NCBI RefSeq assembly: GCF_020885515.1
Contig: NZ_AP024987.1
Span: forward strand, 210,001 to 242,000
Source of the DNA: a cyanobacterium endosymbiont of Braarudosphaera bigelowii
GTDB taxonomy: Bacteria; Cyanobacteriota; Cyanobacteriia; Cyanobacteriales; Microcystaceae
Length of the DNA: 32,000 bases
Direction: 5' to 3'
Part shown: positions 28,454 through 32,000 of the stretch, in pieces
How positions within the stretch are numbered: position 1 is the stretch's first letter
Layout of the letters: every line of letters begins with the position of its first letter
Translations under genes and position numbers: made by a program
Notes under the pieces: model-generated
The model's input: only the letters and a program-made list of their open reading frames with translations
What the model was told of the DNA's origin: nothing
The model's database searches: none

Positions 28454-29458
28454 ATGAAAATAACTTCTAATACATTAGAAACGGAGCTAAAATTACTCCA
28501 AGAAGAAGCTTTGCATGAAATATCCTCTATTATCAAACTAAAAGATCTGGAACAACTTCGAGTCTACTATTTAGGTAAAAAAGGAAAATTATCTCAGATC
28601 TTAAGAGGGATGAGTAAACTCGACCCTTTAAAAAGACCTTATGTCGGCTCATTTGCAAATAAAGTTAAAGATATTGTGCAAAAGCAATTAGACAAAAAAC
28701 TCTACGATTTAAGTTCTACTGAGTTAAAAGCTAAAATTCTTTCAGAAACTTTAGATGTTACAATGCCCAGCGAAAGTCGTCCTATAGGTAATATTCATCC
28801 ATTAAATAACACCACAGATAAGATATTAGACATTTTCATAGGATTAGGTTATCAAATTTCTACAGGACCTCATATCGAAACAGATTATTATAATTTTGAG
28901 GCTTTAAACATACCTCCTGATCATCCAGCTCGAGATATGCAAGATACATTTTTTTTAACAAATGGTGACCTAATGAGAACTCATACATCGCCTGTACAAA
29001 TCCATTATATGGAAAATAACACTCCACCTATCCGAATAGTTGCGCCAGGTAGAGTATATCGTAGAGATACTGTAGATTCAACTCACTCTGCCGTATTTCA
29101 CCAAATAGAAATTTTGGCAGTTGATAAAGGATTAACATTTACAAACCTAAAAGGAACTGTTAGAGAGTTTCTACACCAAATTTTTGGAGAAGATTTGCCA
29201 ATCAAATTTCGTGCTAGTTATTTTCCTTTTACTGAGCCTTCCATAGAGGTAGATGTTCAGTGGAAAGGAAAATGGCTAGAAATTATGGGGTGTGGAATGG
29301 TAGATCCAAATGTTTTACAAGCAGTAGGATATGATCCAGAAATTTATACTGGTTTTGCAGCTGGATTGGGAGTTGAGAGATTTGCTATGGTACTACATAA
29401 AATTGACGACATTCGACGTTTTTATACTAATGATTTACGCTTTTTAGAACAATTCTAA
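28454..29458 (+). CDS. pheS: phenylalanine--tRNA ligase alpha subunit
   Basis: Class II motifs are [39 protein letters not shown] and [10 protein letters not shown]. Confidence 0.97.
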   Translation: MKITSNTLETELKLLQEEALHEISSIIKLKDLEQLRVYYLGKKGKLSQILRGMSKLDPLKRPYVGSFANKVKDIVQKQLDKKLYDLSSTELKAKILSETLDVTMPSESRPIGNIHPLNNTTDKILDIFIGLGYQISTGPHIETDYYNFEALNIPPDHPARDMQDTFFLTNGDLMRTHTSPVQIHYMENNTPPIRIVAPGRVYRRDTVDSTHSAVFHQIEILAVDKGLTFTNLKGTVREFLHQIFGEDLPIKFRASYFPFTEPSIEVDVQWKGKWLEIMGCGMVDPNVLQAVGYDPEIYTGFAAGLGVERFAMVLHKIDDIRRFYTNDLRFLEQF

Positions 29459-29560
29459 TTTTTAAAGTATCTTCTGATCCTTAAAAATAGATTAAATATT
29501 AATCATTATTAAAATCAATCAAAAAATACTTTTGAGCATTAATATGTTAACAACTGATTT

Positions 29561-29932
29561 TTAATCTTGAATATATTCTATTTCTTGCGTCAAAGCTATT
29601 TCAGCTTTCATAAATTCTCGACCAAGATAAGCAGCGTGATCTAACATAGTAATAAGACAATTGTCATTATTTTCAATAATTTTAATACATAATTCTTTTG
29701 CACTACGTGCTGTGAAGATTTGATTAGCGCTACGAGTTACTTTATTTCTTACGGAAATAACTTCTCCATTTTCTGGATCAACTGCCAATCCTTTATCGTT
29801 AATTATATTCGTAAAATATTTAGCACAAATCAAATTTTGATTGCGATCAATATAAATTATAAAATACCCTTTGGGATCAAGACTTATATAACGTTTAGAA
29901 AGTTTCTCATCAAGTTGTTTAATTGTTTTCAT
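29561..29932 (-). CDS. small conserved cyanobacterial protein, DUF4346-like
   Basis: The 123-aa protein has LDPKGYFIIYIDR...LICAKYF and LDHAAYLGREFMKAE...YIQD. These resemble the small DUF4346-type proteins of cyanobacteria and plastid lineages as I recall them. This is unverified. Confidence 0.5.
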   Translation of the reverse strand: MKTIKQLDEKLSKRYISLDPKGYFIIYIDRNQNLICAKYFTNIINDKGLAVDPENGEVISVRNKVTRSANQIFTARSAKELCIKIIENNDNCLITMLDHAAYLGREFMKAEIALTQEIEYIQD

Positions 29933-30016
29933 TGATCTATTCTATTTATAATATTTTCTATTGAAGTCGGATATATTTAGAATTTAAGCAATAGTTTTTA
30001 TAAAATAAATTCTATT

Positions 30017-31783
30017 TTAACTATATTTATTTTTAGCAATCCCAGAATATACTTGTCCATTCTCAGTATCTATTGTAATAATTATCCCCTCAGGAATATT
30101 TTTCATTGCATCTTTAAAGCCAAGGATAACTGGTACACCTAAACGAGATCCAATAACTGCAGCATGGCTGGTTAAACTTGATTCTTCTGTAATAATTCCT
30201 GATGCTTTTCTCATCATTTCTACAAATTCTGCATTGGTCTTAGCTACTACCAAAATATCTCCTGATTCAAAATCATTCAAATCTTTGGCATAACTAGTAA
30301 TTCTTGCTCTACCACTTGCTAAACCTTGCCCAACCGCTATTCCTTTACCTAATATTGCTCGAATTGTTTGTATTTTTATTAAATCAGTCGATCCTGTTAT
30401 TCCTTGAATACTTCCAGCTGTCATGACGACCAAATCTCCATCCTCAAGTAAATTGTTTTCTTGAGCTACATTAATAGCAGATTGAAAAGTTTGACTAGCT
30501 GATGGTAAATCCAAAACTAATAAAGTTTCTAAACCCCAAACTAACTGTAATTGTCTTGCGACATCTGTCCGAGGAGTTACGGCTAATATTGGAATGCGGG
30601 GACGAAATTTAGAAATATTGCGAGCAGTTGAACCTGTTTTTGTTAAAGATATTATAGCGGCTGCATTTAACTGTTCTGCAATTTGACTGACTGCTGCTGA
30701 AATTGCATTAGTAACAGACTGTTTCCTTTCAGAAGAAATTCTTATAGTTGTTGGCTCTTGTTCTATACGTTCAGCAATAGTTGCCATAGTTTCTACTGCT
30801 TGGATAGGATATTTCCCTACAGCTGTTTCATTTGATAACATTACTGCATCGGTACCGTCTAAAATCGCATTAGCTACATCAGATACCTCTGCACGAGTAG
30901 CTCGAGGATTGTTAATCATGCTATCTAACATTTGAGTAGCAGTAATTACAGGGATACCTAAACTATTCGCAGTAGAAATTAACTGTTTTTGTAAAATGGG
31001 AACATCTTCTGGTGGTAGTTCAACTCCTAAATCTCCTCTAGCTACCATAACGCCATCACATAAGTTAAAAATCTCTTTCATATTTTTGATAGCTTCATGT
31101 TTTTCAATTTTTGCAATTATTGGAATATTTTTTCCCGCATTTGTGATAATTTCCCTTACTTCTAAAATATCTTGTGAATTCCGAACAAAACTTAGTGCAA
31201 TCCAATCTACTCCATTTTCTAAGCCAAAAATTAAATCTTTTTTATCTTTCGTTGTTAATGGTTTTACGGATAAACAGATTCCAGGAAAGTTAACGCCTTT
31301 ACTATTAGATAATATTCCACCAACAATCACCCTACAATATAAATTTTTATTTTTAATATCAACTTTTTCGACTAGCATTTCAACTTTGCCATCATCTATT
31401 AAAATTCTTGCCTGCTCTGGTACTTCTTCTACTAAATATTTATATGTGACGTAACTAATTTCCTTGTTACATTCTACTTCTCGACTTGTAAGAGTAAAAA
31501 AATCACCAGTTTTAAGGGTAATTTCGTTGGATTTAAACAATCCAAGACGAATTTTAGGACCCTGCAAATCTTGAAGAATAGCTACAGGCTGATGTAATTC
31601 AAAAGCAACTTGTCGAATAAGTTGAATGCTATGTGCATGATATTCATGATCACCATGAGAAAAATTAAGACGAAAAGTAGTTGCACCAGCCAAAATCAGC
31701 TTACGTAGAATTTCTTTATTTTGAGTAGCAGGACCAATAGTTGCTACTATCTTAGTCCGACGAGGCATAGAATAAGATCGCAT
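30017..31783 (-). CDS. pyk: pyruvate kinase with a C-terminal PEP-utilizer mobile domain
   Basis: RRTKIVATIGPAT, FRLNFSHG, MVARGDLGVE and VITATQMLDSM mark the pyruvate kinase core. The ~110-aa C-terminal extension contains TSHAAVIGSRLGVPVILG (PEP-utilizer phosphohistidine-type domain). The start may be the second Met, at 31768. Confidence 0.95.
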   Translation of the reverse strand: MRSYSMPRRTKIVATIGPATQNKEILRKLILAGATTFRLNFSHGDHEYHAHSIQLIRQVAFELHQPVAILQDLQGPKIRLGLFKSNEITLKTGDFFTLTSREVECNKEISYVTYKYLVEEVPEQARILIDDGKVEMLVEKVDIKNKNLYCRVIVGGILSNSKGVNFPGICLSVKPLTTKDKKDLIFGLENGVDWIALSFVRNSQDILEVREIITNAGKNIPIIAKIEKHEAIKNMKEIFNLCDGVMVARGDLGVELPPEDVPILQKQLISTANSLGIPVITATQMLDSMINNPRATRAEVSDVANAILDGTDAVMLSNETAVGKYPIQAVETMATIAERIEQEPTTIRISSERKQSVTNAISAAVSQIAEQLNAAAIISLTKTGSTARNISKFRPRIPILAVTPRTDVARQLQLVWGLETLLVLDLPSASQTFQSAINVAQENNLLEDGDLVVMTAGSIQGITGSTDLIKIQTIRAILGKGIAVGQGLASGRARITSYAKDLNDFESGDILVVAKTNAEFVEMMRKASGIITEESSLTSHAAVIGSRLGVPVILGFKDAMKNIPEGIIITIDTENGQVYSGIAKNKYS

Positions 31784-32000
31784 GATAATTTTAATAAAAT
31801 ATATTAACTAATAATTTGTCTTTTATGAAAAGTTAAATCTTTTCTTGAAATTGTACGAAAAATTATCATTATTTAAACATTTTTCTCCTATTTTTTATTT
31901 TCTTTAGTTTCAAAACTAGATAATTAACAATATATAGTTAAATTAATATCATATTTACTTTTTAAATTAGACTTAAAATCAAGTTTTCAACATATGAGGT

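Noticed and set aside
20854-29458. pheT and pheS lie 5 kb apart on opposite strands, considered as a possible rearrangement.
   Set aside because: Unlinked pheS and pheT are, as far as I recall, the normal arrangement in cyanobacteria, so this is not unusual.
1-32000. CRISPR arrays, transposases or IS elements, integrases, prophage genes, toxin-antitoxin or restriction-modification/defence islands, and rRNA or tRNA genes.
   Set aside because: I found no regularly spaced direct repeats, no ORFs with the relevant motifs, and no GC-rich 70-90-nt cloverleaf candidates. The inverted repeats I found share no sequence with each other, so they are not a mobile repeat family within this window.

Overview
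The window is AT-rich: hand counts on 100-nt samples gave about 15-22% GC in spacers and the weakest genes, and about 40% in the best-conserved genes. I support 23 protein-coding genes on both strands. Almost all are housekeeping genes with clear cyanobacterial character: ndhH, a Ycf66-like protein, TxlA-type thioredoxin, mutS, grpE, pheS and pheT (unlinked), murA, acpP-fabF, gcvT, pyruvate kinase with a C-terminal PEP-utilizer domain, a YvcK-family protein, SelO, a DUF2079 membrane protein, a GT2 glycosyltransferase, an RCK-type K+ channel, and an overlapping nucleotidyltransferase/GHMP-kinase pair. Summing my CDS calls by hand gives about 80% coding. Four spacers exceed 500 bp and no recognisable genes fill them. 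By inference only, this fits a genome-reduced unicellular cyanobacterium of the Synechocystis/Cyanothece-like lineage, possibly an endosymbiont-type genome such as UCYN-A. I cannot verify that without a search. I see no rRNA or tRNA genes, CRISPR array, transposase, integrase, phage genes or defence-type genes, and no convincing novel multi-gene system. The items worth a second look are modest. (1) The ycf66-like frame is cut by an in-frame TGA and then stays open for 61 more codons. (2) Long perfect AT-rich inverted repeats recur at gene 3' ends and mostly lack U-tracts; the largest are a 25-bp stem and a roughly 68-nt near-palindrome. (3) A GC-elevated structured island lies in the txlA/ndhH spacer and another lies in the acpP leader. 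(4) The K+ channel has a TVGFS pore signature. (5) A divergent thymidylate-kinase-like gene sits among envelope genes. (6) Slip-prone A8/T9 homopolymers occur inside intact genes. (7) A single relic HIP1 octamer is present. All product names come from motif recognition and memory of the protein families, not from database searches.
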